A program made the translations under genes and the position numbers. Below, in pieces: positions 16,017 to 24,142 of a stretch of DNA of 41,869 nucleotides. Within the stretch, counting starts at the first letter, position 1, and each line of letters opens with the position of its first letter. Source of the DNA: Candidatus Woesearchaeota archaeon (GTDB taxonomy: Archaea; Nanobdellota; Nanobdellia; Woesearchaeales; UBA10216); contig JACPIJ010000042.1 in NCBI GenBank assembly GCA_016188145.1, forward strand, positions 1 through 41,869, in the 5' to 3' direction. The notes below the pieces were generated by a model. That model saw only the letters and a list, made by a program, of their open reading frames with translations, made no database searches and was not told where the DNA came from.

Positions 16017-17429
16017 ATGGAACCAACACTGAAAGATTTGCTAGAGCTTCATAAGCTAAGGAGATTAAGCAGAAGGAGGCGTGGAGAGCCGGACACAAGT
16101 CGGCTTGAGGAAGAATTTCTGTTGTTTTCCTCACAGCTTCCAAAAAGTGCCTTAACTGTTCAGATTCCAAAGCAATATACTCTTGAAGGCGATGAACGGC
16201 AACATTTTGCCGAGGCACTGGAAAGTCTTGGATTGCTGCCAGGAACTGTACCAGCGAACAGCGCAGTAACAACGGTAGACATTTCCGGAGCTACACACCT
16301 GTTATTCCCCTACGATGTATTGCTTTTTGTTTCAGATAAGCAACTTGCAGCTGACCATGTTTCCACTGAGAGATCTTACCTTAATCCGCTTATCGAGCAG
16401 ATTTATACTAAAGGACGGGCATTGTTAATGGACTTTACGATTCACGAAGCTCTCTTCGGAAATGTGGTTGCAAAACGTGACAAGCTTGACCTTCAAGAGG
16501 TGCATCTGTTTCCTGAAAGGTTCAAGCAGGGGCCCTATGAACTGCATGTAGAGCTTGATACGCCACGCCAGACAGTTAGGCAGTTCAGAAGTCTTGCAGA
16601 TGTTTTGGAAGAGATTGGCTCTAATCCGGAATCCTCCTTGCTTAATCCTGCACTGCTCAAACAGGCAACTGCCCTTGCACTTGGCCTAAGGGAACGATTA
16701 GGCTCGTTATCGAGGTACTCCCCAGCTTCCCAGACTTTTGCTTCCCAAACGAATTCTTGCTTGGTTCGAACAGAAGAAGCGGACCTCTTCTACCTGTATG
16801 CGCCATTGCACAACAGGAATGTTCTTGTCTGCTTCGGCAGCTCCCCGTTTAACCCAGCCAATAAGCCAGCTGATTTGATGGTGCTTGATGGCAGCAACTA
16901 CCAAAGCACGTTGATAAAACTATTAGAATTGGGGATTTTTCAAGTGAGCCAGCAAGTGCTGAAATTGAGGATTGAAGACCTTACAAAAATGTATGAACGG
17001 GCATCACGGGCAGCTTCAACATCCCTAAGAGGGCTTTACCCTGACTTTGAAGGGCTTATGGGGCAGTTGAGGACAGCAGAAGACACCCTCGAGCGCATCG
17101 TTAACCCTGACGCGAGAAGGGCATACGCCGCCGGAATTACTGCCGAAGTGCTCGAATTTATGGTTTATCCGAACACAGAAGACCCGGTTGTTCATGAGCT
17201 GCTGCCCAGACTTTCGTGGAACAGGGCACTAAGAGAGTACCACAACACAAGGCAGTTCATAAGGGTTTTTAGTGCGGCAACTGATGAGAACAAAAGGGCT
17301 ATGCTTGATGAAGTTACAGCAAGCACCATGTTCCGTAATCAGCAGAACAACAACGTAAACCAGTGGCTATACCAACAGCACAGGGACTTCTGCGAGGCTG
17401 CAGGCATAAAATTTGTAGCATCAGGGTAA
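16017..17429 (+). CDS. Hypothetical protein, possibly DUF6638-like
   Basis: 470-aa ORF closing the operon. VDISG and VELDT motifs recall DUF6638 proteins (unverified recall). Confidence 0.65.
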   Translation: MEPTLKDLLELHKLRRLSRRRRGEPDTSRLEEEFLLFSSQLPKSALTVQIPKQYTLEGDERQHFAEALESLGLLPGTVPANSAVTTVDISGATHLLFPYDVLLFVSDKQLAADHVSTERSYLNPLIEQIYTKGRALLMDFTIHEALFGNVVAKRDKLDLQEVHLFPERFKQGPYELHVELDTPRQTVRQFRSLADVLEEIGSNPESSLLNPALLKQATALALGLRERLGSLSRYSPASQTFASQTNSCLVRTEEADLFYLYAPLHNRNVLVCFGSSPFNPANKPADLMVLDGSNYQSTLIKLLELGIFQVSQQVLKLRIEDLTKMYERASRAASTSLRGLYPDFEGLMGQLRTAEDTLERIVNPDARRAYAAGITAEVLEFMVYPNTEDPVVHELLPRLSWNRALREYHNTRQFIRVFSAATDENKRAMLDEVTASTMFRNQQNNNVNQWLYQQHRDFCEAAGIKFVASG

Positions 17430-17596
17430 ACTATATCTGGGCGAGCTATAAATCCGCGCAAGTGTTTTCCAAACCAAATTATAAAATCCATCAACTTTTA
17501 TAAAATCAGCTTTTTTTATAAGTTTTATAATATATAAGCCAAAGTTATTTATGAGTGTAAGCCTACATGCCCCTTTAGTTGAATAGTTTCACATTT

Positions 17597-17647
17597 CCCA
17601 AGTCGCTACTGCGACTGGGCCCAATCGGCTGCTGCGATTTGGGTTTC
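17597..17647 (+). repeat. Double-hairpin element copy 3, in the 5' UTR of the 17722 gene
   Basis: CCCAAGTCGC-tact-GCGACTGGG-CCCAATCG-gctgctg-CGATTTGGG-TTTC; near-identical to copies at 22714 and 35936 except in the loops. Confidence 0.88.
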
Positions 17648-17721
17648 TTTAGCAACAGCAATAACGGCGAATTAGGCGAATTGGCAGGGCTGTTATTGTC
17701 GCAGGGGAGGCGGTATGGGTG

Positions 17722-18075
17722 ATGTTTGAGGACTACGATACAGAATTCGGGTACTCGTTCAGCGACTTAAGGCGGGACTACAGCAGGAAGGCCTATGCGG
17801 TGCCTGACTACGACGCGCACAGCCTGGAGGAGATTGAGCTGAGCCTTGCAACCAGCAAATACGCCGAGCGCGGCGAGTGCCTTGAGCATTCAAAATTCCT
17901 TGAAGACCTGCAGAAGCGGCTTTCAATGATTGCCCTCGCTGAAGAGCGCGAGGGAATAATGAACTGGGAGCTTCGCGAGGTCCTTGAAAAGGTCAGGCGG
18001 CTAACAAGGCAGCTTGCGGCAGTGATGGAGAAGTTGCCTGAAGTGGTTGTGTATAAGACGCCAAAAAAGGAATGA
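17722..18075 (+). CDS. Hypothetical helical protein
   Basis: GGGGAGG Shine-Dalgarno-like site upstream; 117-aa ORF. Confidence 0.65.
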   Translation: MFEDYDTEFGYSFSDLRRDYSRKAYAVPDYDAHSLEEIELSLATSKYAERGECLEHSKFLEDLQKRLSMIALAEEREGIMNWELREVLEKVRRLTRQLAAVMEKLPEVVVYKTPKKE

Positions 18076-18278
18076 AATTCAGGTTTCAAGGTAAAAAGGG
18101 TGGGGTGCTGGCGAAGGGGCTGTGGCTACTCATTCTGAACCGCTAATGTGACAAGGCAATACAAGATTATACGTATTTTATATCGTAAAGTTTAAATAGT
18201 CGGAAAGTTCAGAAGGCCACATAAGCCGTTTAATGTCGTAAGGCTGAAAATAAAAACGAAAAAGGAGGGTGTGCAAAA

Positions 18279-18665
18279 ATGGCTAAAGCTATGTCAATGT
18301 CTAGAGCAGGTGACAACTCACTGCAGTCTATTGGAAGCTGGGCTTTCCTGCTTGGCGTCTTTGTTGCAATTATCGCAGGCGCCCTGTTGCCTGACAAGTC
18401 AACCACGCCAACTGTGACGTCATTCCTTGTGCTTCTCGGTACAATAGTTGGGCTGCTGAATGTCACAACAAAGGAAACCAACTCGTTCCTGCTGGCTTCG
18501 GTAAGCCTCGTGCTTGTTACAGCGCTTGGCGGCTCAGTGGTTAGCGGCGTTGTTTCAGTCGGCCAATACCTCGGGTCGATGCTTGACTCGATCCTGGTGT
18601 TTGTTGTGCCGGCAACGATAGTTGTTGCGCTGAAGTCAATCTTCGCGCTTGCTGAGCGCAAGTAA
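18279..18665 (+). CDS. Small multi-pass membrane protein
   Basis: Four hydrophobic segments, GSWAF and VGLLNVT..E...FL motifs; GGAGGGTG upstream; poly-T downstream. Confidence 0.8.
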   Translation: MAKAMSMSRAGDNSLQSIGSWAFLLGVFVAIIAGALLPDKSTTPTVTSFLVLLGTIVGLLNVTTKETNSFLLASVSLVLVTALGGSVVSGVVSVGQYLGSMLDSILVFVVPATIVVALKSIFALAERK

Positions 18666-18813
18666 ACGCTCAGCTTTTTTCCTTTCTTTTTCTTTATTTT
18701 CCGGTTATTTTAACGATTATTGATGCTGCTGGCTGCCGTTGGCTGCGCCTGCCTCATTGCAAAAGTTTTATATATCATTTCCAAGTTCGCAGAAATTGGA
18801 AAAATCGGATTTC

Positions 18814-18946
18814 GGGCTCGTGATCTAGTGGTTATGATGCTTCCTTGACGTGGAAGATGTCCCCAGTTCGAACAACCTTTTTCCTCGCTGCGGCGAGCAA
18901 AAAGCTTGACCAAAAAGGAAAAGGTGCGAATGTCTGGGCGAGCCCA
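18814..18946 (+). tRNA. tRNA-Val(GAC) with 60-nt T-loop intron at position 59/60 (18873-18932)
   Basis: Acceptor GGGCTCG/CGAGCCC-A; CTTCC-TT-GAC-GT-GGAAG; BHB with TTCG/CGAA helix and AA|C, TG|T bulges. Confidence 0.92.
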
Positions 18947-19139
18947 CTTAACTTTTTTACCTAAAAAAGTCAATCAAAAACGTGTCTTATGCAAAAAGTT
19001 TATAATGTTCTATTTGTTCTTTCTTCTGAAATTTAGGAAAATTTTATCAGGGCATAGTTACGAAAACAGCCCTTAATGGCAAAAAGGTCGGGAAAATGGC
19101 AAAAAAAGGCTGGATAAACCGGGAAGGAGGGCGGGCAAC

Positions 19140-20204
19140 ATCAAGCTGACCATAAGGTATTCAGTAATCCTCGTCATACTTCTCGGATTTGTGGCTGCCT
19201 TAATAGTCAACTCATTGTTCAAAACAGTGATTGCGGGGCTTATTCTGAGCTACGTCTTTTTCCCCTTGTACGAGTTCGTTTACTCAAGGCTGAGGATGAA
19301 GACGGTTTCCGCGTTGCTTGTTACTGTGCTCGTTCTGCTGCTTCTCACAGTGCCTTCGTTTTTCGTCATAAACAAGCTTTCAACCGAGGTTTCTGTGGCT
19401 TTTGTGATAGCAAAGCAGTACTTGGAAGGAGGGAGCAAGGCGGTCAAGTGCGAAGGCGATGGCTTGTGCCAGCTTATACCTGAAAACCTGAAAGACGCAA
19501 GCCCTAAAGTCAAGGCGGTGCTGACGAACACGCTTGGAAAGGGCACGGAGTACATAGTTAACAGGGCAACGCAGACCATTCTTTCTTTGCCATCGATTTC
19601 CCTTCACCTTTTCATCGTCTTTTTCATCATGTACTACATGTTCAAAGACGGAGAAAAATTCATCGATAAAATCAAAAACGGCCTCCCTTTAAGGAAACAT
19701 AGGCAAGACGCTATTATAGGGCAGTTCAACCAAGTTGCTTCTGCTGTGCTTTACGGCACTGTAATCGTTGCCCTGCTTCAGGCACTGCTTGCCGGTGTAG
19801 GCTTTTTCCTGTTCGGCGTTCCCTCTCCTATTATCTGGGCAATCATCACCCTGATCGTTTCATTAGTGCCTTTCTTGGGGCCCTTTGTCATCTGGCTGCC
19901 GGCTTCGGCGCTCCTTATACTAAACGGCTATTACGGGGGCGAAGGACTTGTTCTGCTAAGAGGCATCGGGCTGTTCTTTTACGGCATGCTCATCGTCAGC
20001 GGGATAGACAACGTGCTTAAGCCGAGGCTAATAGCTCACAAGGCAAGAATCCACCCTGCGCTTGTCCTTTTGGGAATAATAGGCGGGATTAATTTCCTCG
20101 GCATAGTGGGCTTTGTAATAGGCCCTGTGATTCTGGCAATGTTTGCCACAGCCTTTGAAGCTTACATTAAAGAAAGGGCGCAGGCAACGTCGGAAGGGCA
20201 GTAA
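19140..20204 (+). CDS. AI-2E family (UPF0118) transporter; start codon uncertain
   Basis: Many TM helices, YYMFKDG, IDNVLKPRLI, IHPALVLLGIIGG..FLGIVGFVIGP. The first TM helix begins upstream of GTG 19191. Confidence 0.88.
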   Translation: MKLTIRYSVILVILLGFVAALIVNSLFKTVIAGLILSYVFFPLYEFVYSRLRMKTVSALLVTVLVLLLLTVPSFFVINKLSTEVSVAFVIAKQYLEGGSKAVKCEGDGLCQLIPENLKDASPKVKAVLTNTLGKGTEYIVNRATQTILSLPSISLHLFIVFFIMYYMFKDGEKFIDKIKNGLPLRKHRQDAIIGQFNQVASAVLYGTVIVALLQALLAGVGFFLFGVPSPIIWAIITLIVSLVPFLGPFVIWLPASALLILNGYYGGEGLVLLRGIGLFFYGMLIVSGIDNVLKPRLIAHKARIHPALVLLGIIGGINFLGIVGFVIGPVILAMFATAFEAYIKERAQATSEGQ

Positions 20205-20232
20205 GAAGCCAAGGTGAAGAAATAGATTTCTG

Positions 20233-21093
20233 CTAGGCAGTTCCTGATGCTTCTTTCGCTTCTTTCACCGCGTCAACACAACTCTGCCTGAAAACTACAG
20301 GAATCCTGTCACACAAGGCCGCATTGCCTGTCTTCTTGGCCACCCTGTGATAGCACGTCCATCTGGTGGCTGGCTCTCCTATCTCTGCGCACAGCAGCGG
20401 GTCAGCGTTGGCAGCACCTACTGCGAGGAAACACCCGTCTTTTTTCTCCTGGTTAAGTATGTAGGCGCATGTAGGGCCATAGCTGATGTTCTTGGCCAAT
20501 GCAACGTAGCAGTCAGCAACTCCAGTCTCGCCTTCTATCTTCGTGCAGGCTTCATGTTTCTTGCTGACCAGCGCCAGCTGGGCATAGCAGTAATTCCTCC
20601 AGCCAAGGTCATCGACATTGCCGCACAAAGGCAGCTCTATCTTGTTTATCGCGAGCAGTGCGGTGCAGTAGCTCCTCGCCTTAACCTCCTCTATCTGCTC
20701 GCACGCTTTCCTGCTATTGGCTTCAACAGCCAGCTTGGCATAGCAACTCGAACTTATGGATGAAGAGTTAAACACCTTCCCGCAGAAATACGTTTTGTTC
20801 ATGGAAAATGCCAGCTCCCTATAGCAGTTGTTTTTGGCTGCCTGGTCTGTTTCGCCCTTGCACGTGTCAAGCTTTTCAAGCGAGCGGTCAAAAATCCCTT
20901 TCTTAATGACCTCAGTTCCAAAGCGGGAAGGCCACGTTACAACAAGTATTATGGCAACAAGCACAGCTAACGAGAGCAGAAGCTTTCTGTTGCCCAGAAC
21001 ATTCATGGCTGCGTTCTGCTCTGCTTGCCCATTAGCTTCCTTCGCGTTAGCTGCTGCCTTGGAAGCAGCCTTTTTCCTGATCATGATTTTCAT
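20233..21093 (-). CDS. Membrane-anchored protein with Cys-rich repeats (C..I......R..CY...A)
   Basis: One N-terminal TM helix followed by about 8 repeats of ~26 aa, each with two cysteines. Confidence 0.8.
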   Translation of the reverse strand: MKIMIRKKAASKAAANAKEANGQAEQNAAMNVLGNRKLLLSLAVLVAIILVVTWPSRFGTEVIKKGIFDRSLEKLDTCKGETDQAAKNNCYRELAFSMNKTYFCGKVFNSSSISSSCYAKLAVEANSRKACEQIEEVKARSYCTALLAINKIELPLCGNVDDLGWRNYCYAQLALVSKKHEACTKIEGETGVADCYVALAKNISYGPTCAYILNQEKKDGCFLAVGAANADPLLCAEIGEPATRWTCYHRVAKKTGNAALCDRIPVVFRQSCVDAVKEAKEASGTA

Positions 21094-21167
21094 CGTAAGA
21101 GGAGTTGTTTGTGTTTAAAATTACTATAAAAAGCTTGTGAATGGGAAGGATGAACCTGATGGGACTC

Positions 21168-21959
21168 TTACTTCTTGCGCTGCTCCCTTTCCGCTTTCTT
21201 TGTTTCTTTGAGCTTGAAGTAGTTAGCCAATGCCCTCATCACTTCCACAAAAGGCACTTCCTCAGCCAGCAAAGGTATCATGTCCCTGTCCCACCTGAAT
21301 TTGAGCTTGTCCGCCCTGCTGAACATTCTAGGAATATTAAATTCCACTCCGGATTGCTTGCATTTCTGCTTTACCAGTTCAAGATTGATTGGCAAGCCAG
21401 CCTTGATAATAGTATAAACGTCGTAGTGGTCCCTTGGCCTGTTCCTGCCTACCATTGCAGCTACCTTCTCTGCAAACATCTCGTCCCTGGCAAGGGTGTT
21501 CATAGAGAACTTTGGAATATGCCCCTCATAGAAATGAGAAATTTCGTGCATTTCAGGTGTTTGAATAAGCTTGGCACGTTGGTTAATGTCAACAAACACA
21601 ACATCAGCCCTGTTTGAGAAGTTCGTGTAGTGGGCAACGATGCGGGTAAAACCCTCCACGTCCTTGTCGTATGAAATTTTATTGAAAAGCTTGCTTTCTT
21701 CAAGTAATTGCTCAATCGCTTTTTTGACTTTACTGATATCCCCTGTTACGGTAAAGTCCGCATCCTCGCTAAGTCGTGAGTAATTGAGGAATATCTTTTG
21801 TAATGCTGTGCCGCCCTTAAAGTAGATTCCTCGTAGGTCTTTCAAGAGGTAAAGAACTAGAGTCACGTAATAATCTTTCAGCATGAGATCAATGCCAAAA
21901 TTATGCTCAGCAGCTATTTCCTTAATTTCATCGTAGCTTATCTTTTTGATTTCAGCCAT
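21168..21959 (-). CDS. AbiEii-family nucleotidyltransferase toxin (type IV TA)
   Basis: FKGGTAL, RLSEDADF, AEKVAAM..RNRPRDHYD motifs. Confidence 0.9.
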   Translation of the reverse strand: MAEIKKISYDEIKEIAAEHNFGIDLMLKDYYVTLVLYLLKDLRGIYFKGGTALQKIFLNYSRLSEDADFTVTGDISKVKKAIEQLLEESKLFNKISYDKDVEGFTRIVAHYTNFSNRADVVFVDINQRAKLIQTPEMHEISHFYEGHIPKFSMNTLARDEMFAEKVAAMVGRNRPRDHYDVYTIIKAGLPINLELVKQKCKQSGVEFNIPRMFSRADKLKFRWDRDMIPLLAEEVPFVEVMRALANYFKLKETKKAEREQRKK

Positions 21960-22438
21960 TTTTTTGTCTGCTCCTTATCCAAAATTCTAAATGGGTGTTC
22001 TTCAATCTTTTGCAACACCGCTTTATGTAAATTTTTCTTGGTTGTGCGATGGAAGACAAAACGCGTGTTCATGATAGTGACTCTTCCTTGGCGTTTAGTT
22101 GTGTAGATATCTGCCTGAAAGGGAATCTGATCAGTTAGATGCCAGTAATTTGCTGCATACCAGCCTCCGACATAATACTCTTTCCCATTAAGCATTTCAT
22201 CAGCAATGATGAGAGGATTATCAACCCACTTGCCAGTGCGCGCCTTGATAGGAACCAGAAAATACTTGTTTTTGTTAAGCCGATGAACGCGCCCTTTTTT
22301 GTGCAGCGTATACAATGTGTTAATCATCTGACGCTTGTCCTTGAAAAGATGAGCAATATCCTCCCGTGAAAAGTAATATTTCCCATCAAATTCAAGATTC
22401 GCAACCGCCTGCACTTCCTTCTTGGAGAGTCCTTTCAT
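21938..22438 (-). CDS. AbiEi-like antitoxin/transcriptional regulator
   Basis: N-terminal wHTH (LHKKGRVHRLNKNKY), YYVGGWYAANYWHLTDQIP; overlaps the toxin start. Confidence 0.85.
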   Translation of the reverse strand: MKGLSKKEVQAVANLEFDGKYYFSREDIAHLFKDKRQMINTLYTLHKKGRVHRLNKNKYFLVPIKARTGKWVDNPLIIADEMLNGKEYYVGGWYAANYWHLTDQIPFQADIYTTKRQGRVTIMNTRFVFHRTTKKNLHKAVLQKIEEHPFRILDKEQTKKWLKSKR

Positions 22439-22447
22439 TTTAACACC

Positions 22448-22489
22448 AACATGTTAGATTTTAAGATTCTAATGTTACAACTATATAAA
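22448..22489 (-). promoter_or_regulatory. abiE promoter with imperfect inverted repeat (candidate AbiEi operator)
   Basis: TTTATATA on - at 22482-22489; AACA(TG)TTAGA...TCTAATGTT between the TATA box and the start codon. Confidence 0.45.
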
Positions 22490-22541
22490 TATTGCGATTT
22501 TAAGAAGAACGCTGGGACAGGGTGGCGGTTTTGAAAGTTAA

Positions 22542-22695
22542 CGCCGCGGCAGGGACTTTCAAGCCTTTGCACAACTCATTTTTGGTTGAGCTTTTGCCGT
22601 GCAAAAGGTCATTTGAACCCCGAAGCCCTTGCGGGCACCAGTTTGCTTTTCTGAAAGTTCAAGACTGGCGCACTACCAGGTTATGCGACCGCGGC
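22542..22695 (-). tRNA. tRNA-Ser(TGA) with two introns: 14 nt at 37/38 (22644-22657) and 56 nt at 59/60 (22556-22611)
   Basis: Acceptor GCCGCGG/CCGCGGC-G; CCAGT-CT-TGA-A[..]A-ACTGG; variable arm GCCC-GCAA-GGGC; T-loop BHB TTCA/TGAA with AA|T and AG|T bulges. Confidence 0.92.
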
Positions 22696-22806
22696 ATGAC
22701 CCCTTTTGCGAAACCCAAATCGCTGCTGCGATTGGGCCCAGTCGACTGCTGTCGACTTGGGAGCGGTCAATCGGAAAACCGCCTCTCGAAGAAGGTCAGT
22801 CAAAAA
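22696..22806 (-). repeat. Double-hairpin element copy 4 (core 22714-22761) in the 5' leader of tRNA-Ser, with tail motifs
   Basis: On -: GTTTTCCGATTGACCGCT-CCCAAGTCGAC-agca-GTCGACTGGG-CCCAATCGC-agca-GCGATTTGGG-TTTCGCAAAAGGGGTC-AT-tRNA. The flanks match those of the tRNA-Leu leader. Confidence 0.88.
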
Positions 22807-22858
22807 TGGTTGAGAAGTTGTTATTTAAACTTAATTGTTGCCATCAGGCCTTGGCAGC

Positions 22859-23398
22859 CTACATCCTGAGCTGCTCCGGCCTTCTCATCAGGCCGTACTC
22901 GTACTGGTAGAGGTTCAGGAAGGACTTTATCGTTGAAAGGAGCTGGAGAACGTTCTCTACCAGTAGCTCCTCGTACTGCGTGCTGTAGGTCCTGTAAACG
23001 AACTTGTCAAACACCGTCCTGATGAAGAAGTAGAACGGCTTGGATTCCCAGCGGTCCTCGTAGTCTGTGTCAAGGTAGCCATCCATCACGACAGATATCT
23101 TGCCCCTGTTAAGGTTTGCCCTAATGTTGTCCTGCTCAACCACGACATCCTTCAGGTCCCTTATCCTGATGTTTATCCTGATGACGTGCCTGGCGTAGTC
23201 TGTTATCTTCTTCCACGGGAGAAGCTCCAGCTCTATGTATTTCCCGCCTGGCCTGACGTGCTCCTGATTCCTCTGCTCCCTCAGGTCAAAGCCCTTGTCC
23301 TTCAGCCACTGGTTTATCAAGCTGTAAAATTCGTGAAGGTCAAAAAGCCCGTCGTAACTGACCTTCATGTGGTCTATGACAAGCCTTCTTTCAGCCAT
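22859..23398 (-). CDS. Conserved hypothetical protein (paralogue of upstream gene)
   Basis: YDGLFDLHEFY..I..WLKDKGFDLRE motif shared with 23400-24089. Confidence 0.8.
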   Translation of the reverse strand: MAERRLVIDHMKVSYDGLFDLHEFYSLINQWLKDKGFDLREQRNQEHVRPGGKYIELELLPWKKITDYARHVIRINIRIRDLKDVVVEQDNIRANLNRGKISVVMDGYLDTDYEDRWESKPFYFFIRTVFDKFVYRTYSTQYEELLVENVLQLLSTIKSFLNLYQYEYGLMRRPEQLRM

Positions 23399-23399
23399 T

Positions 23400-24089
23400 T
23401 TACCGTGCTCCGAACTTTAAGTGTTCCTTCAGCGTGCCGTAAAGGTCGTAAAGCTCGTAATAAAGCCTGTCCCAGTACAGGCCCTGCCACTCCCTTTGCA
23501 TGACCCAGTTCCTGAAGAGCTGTGAAAGCCTTCTTTCCAAGTTGTTTGCGGTCCATCTCGGCTCGCCGAAGATGTCCGGATAGGGGGCTTCCAGGTCGCC
23601 GTTTATCGTTATTATCATCCTGACCTTTGCCATTTTTTTAGTCTTGCCATTCACGATGGCCTCAACGTTGTACTCCCCCCACATATGCACAGTCACTTCC
23701 ACTATCTCCTTCACCCAGCTCGTCCTCTTCCTTTCAGCATACCACTCTACTCGCAGCTCAGGAGGCTTTGCCTTGTAAAGCCTTTCATGCAGCTCAAACC
23801 TTCTCTCCTTGAACCACAGTGCCATGACCTTGTAAAAGCTGTCAAGGTCAAACATTCCCTTGTACTTTATCCTGTGAGGGAACCAGCCGAACTTCGTCTC
23901 GTGCTTGTAAGCCTTTGGGACATGCACAGGCACAGGCCCCTTTGCAGGCAGACCTTCCTCTTCCCCCTTCGGTCCTTTTAGAATAGTCCTCAACCCTGCC
24001 GTAGACCTGACTGCGCGAACAACACCTCGAAGGGCTTCAAGAACACCTGCACTTTCGTCGGCCATGCCTCTATCCATGCTGAAAATCAT
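23400..24089 (-). CDS. Conserved hypothetical protein (paralogue of downstream gene)
   Basis: YKGMFDLDSFY..M..WFKERRFELHE; exact start uncertain (ATG 24077 or 24065). Confidence 0.75.
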   Translation of the reverse strand: MIFSMDRGMADESAGVLEALRGVVRAVRSTAGLRTILKGPKGEEEGLPAKGPVPVHVPKAYKHETKFGWFPHRIKYKGMFDLDSFYKVMALWFKERRFELHERLYKAKPPELRVEWYAERKRTSWVKEIVEVTVHMWGEYNVEAIVNGKTKKMAKVRMIITINGDLEAPYPDIFGEPRWTANNLERRLSQLFRNWVMQREWQGLYWDRLYYELYDLYGTLKEHLKFGAR

Positions 24090-24142
24090 TTATAAAGATT
24101 TCGGATTGCAATATTTGGGAATAGCTGAATTAAGAAAGCAAG

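Noticed and set aside
5877-17460. Intact provirus or integrative element
   Set aside because: No integrase, replication, capsid or conjugation genes and no long att repeat were found.
18778-18813. Degenerate sixth double-hairpin copy before tRNA-Val (TTCCAAGTTC...TTGGAA, AAATC-G-GATTT)
   Set aside because: Similarity is weak, the second hairpin has no viable loop, and the predicted TSS falls inside it.
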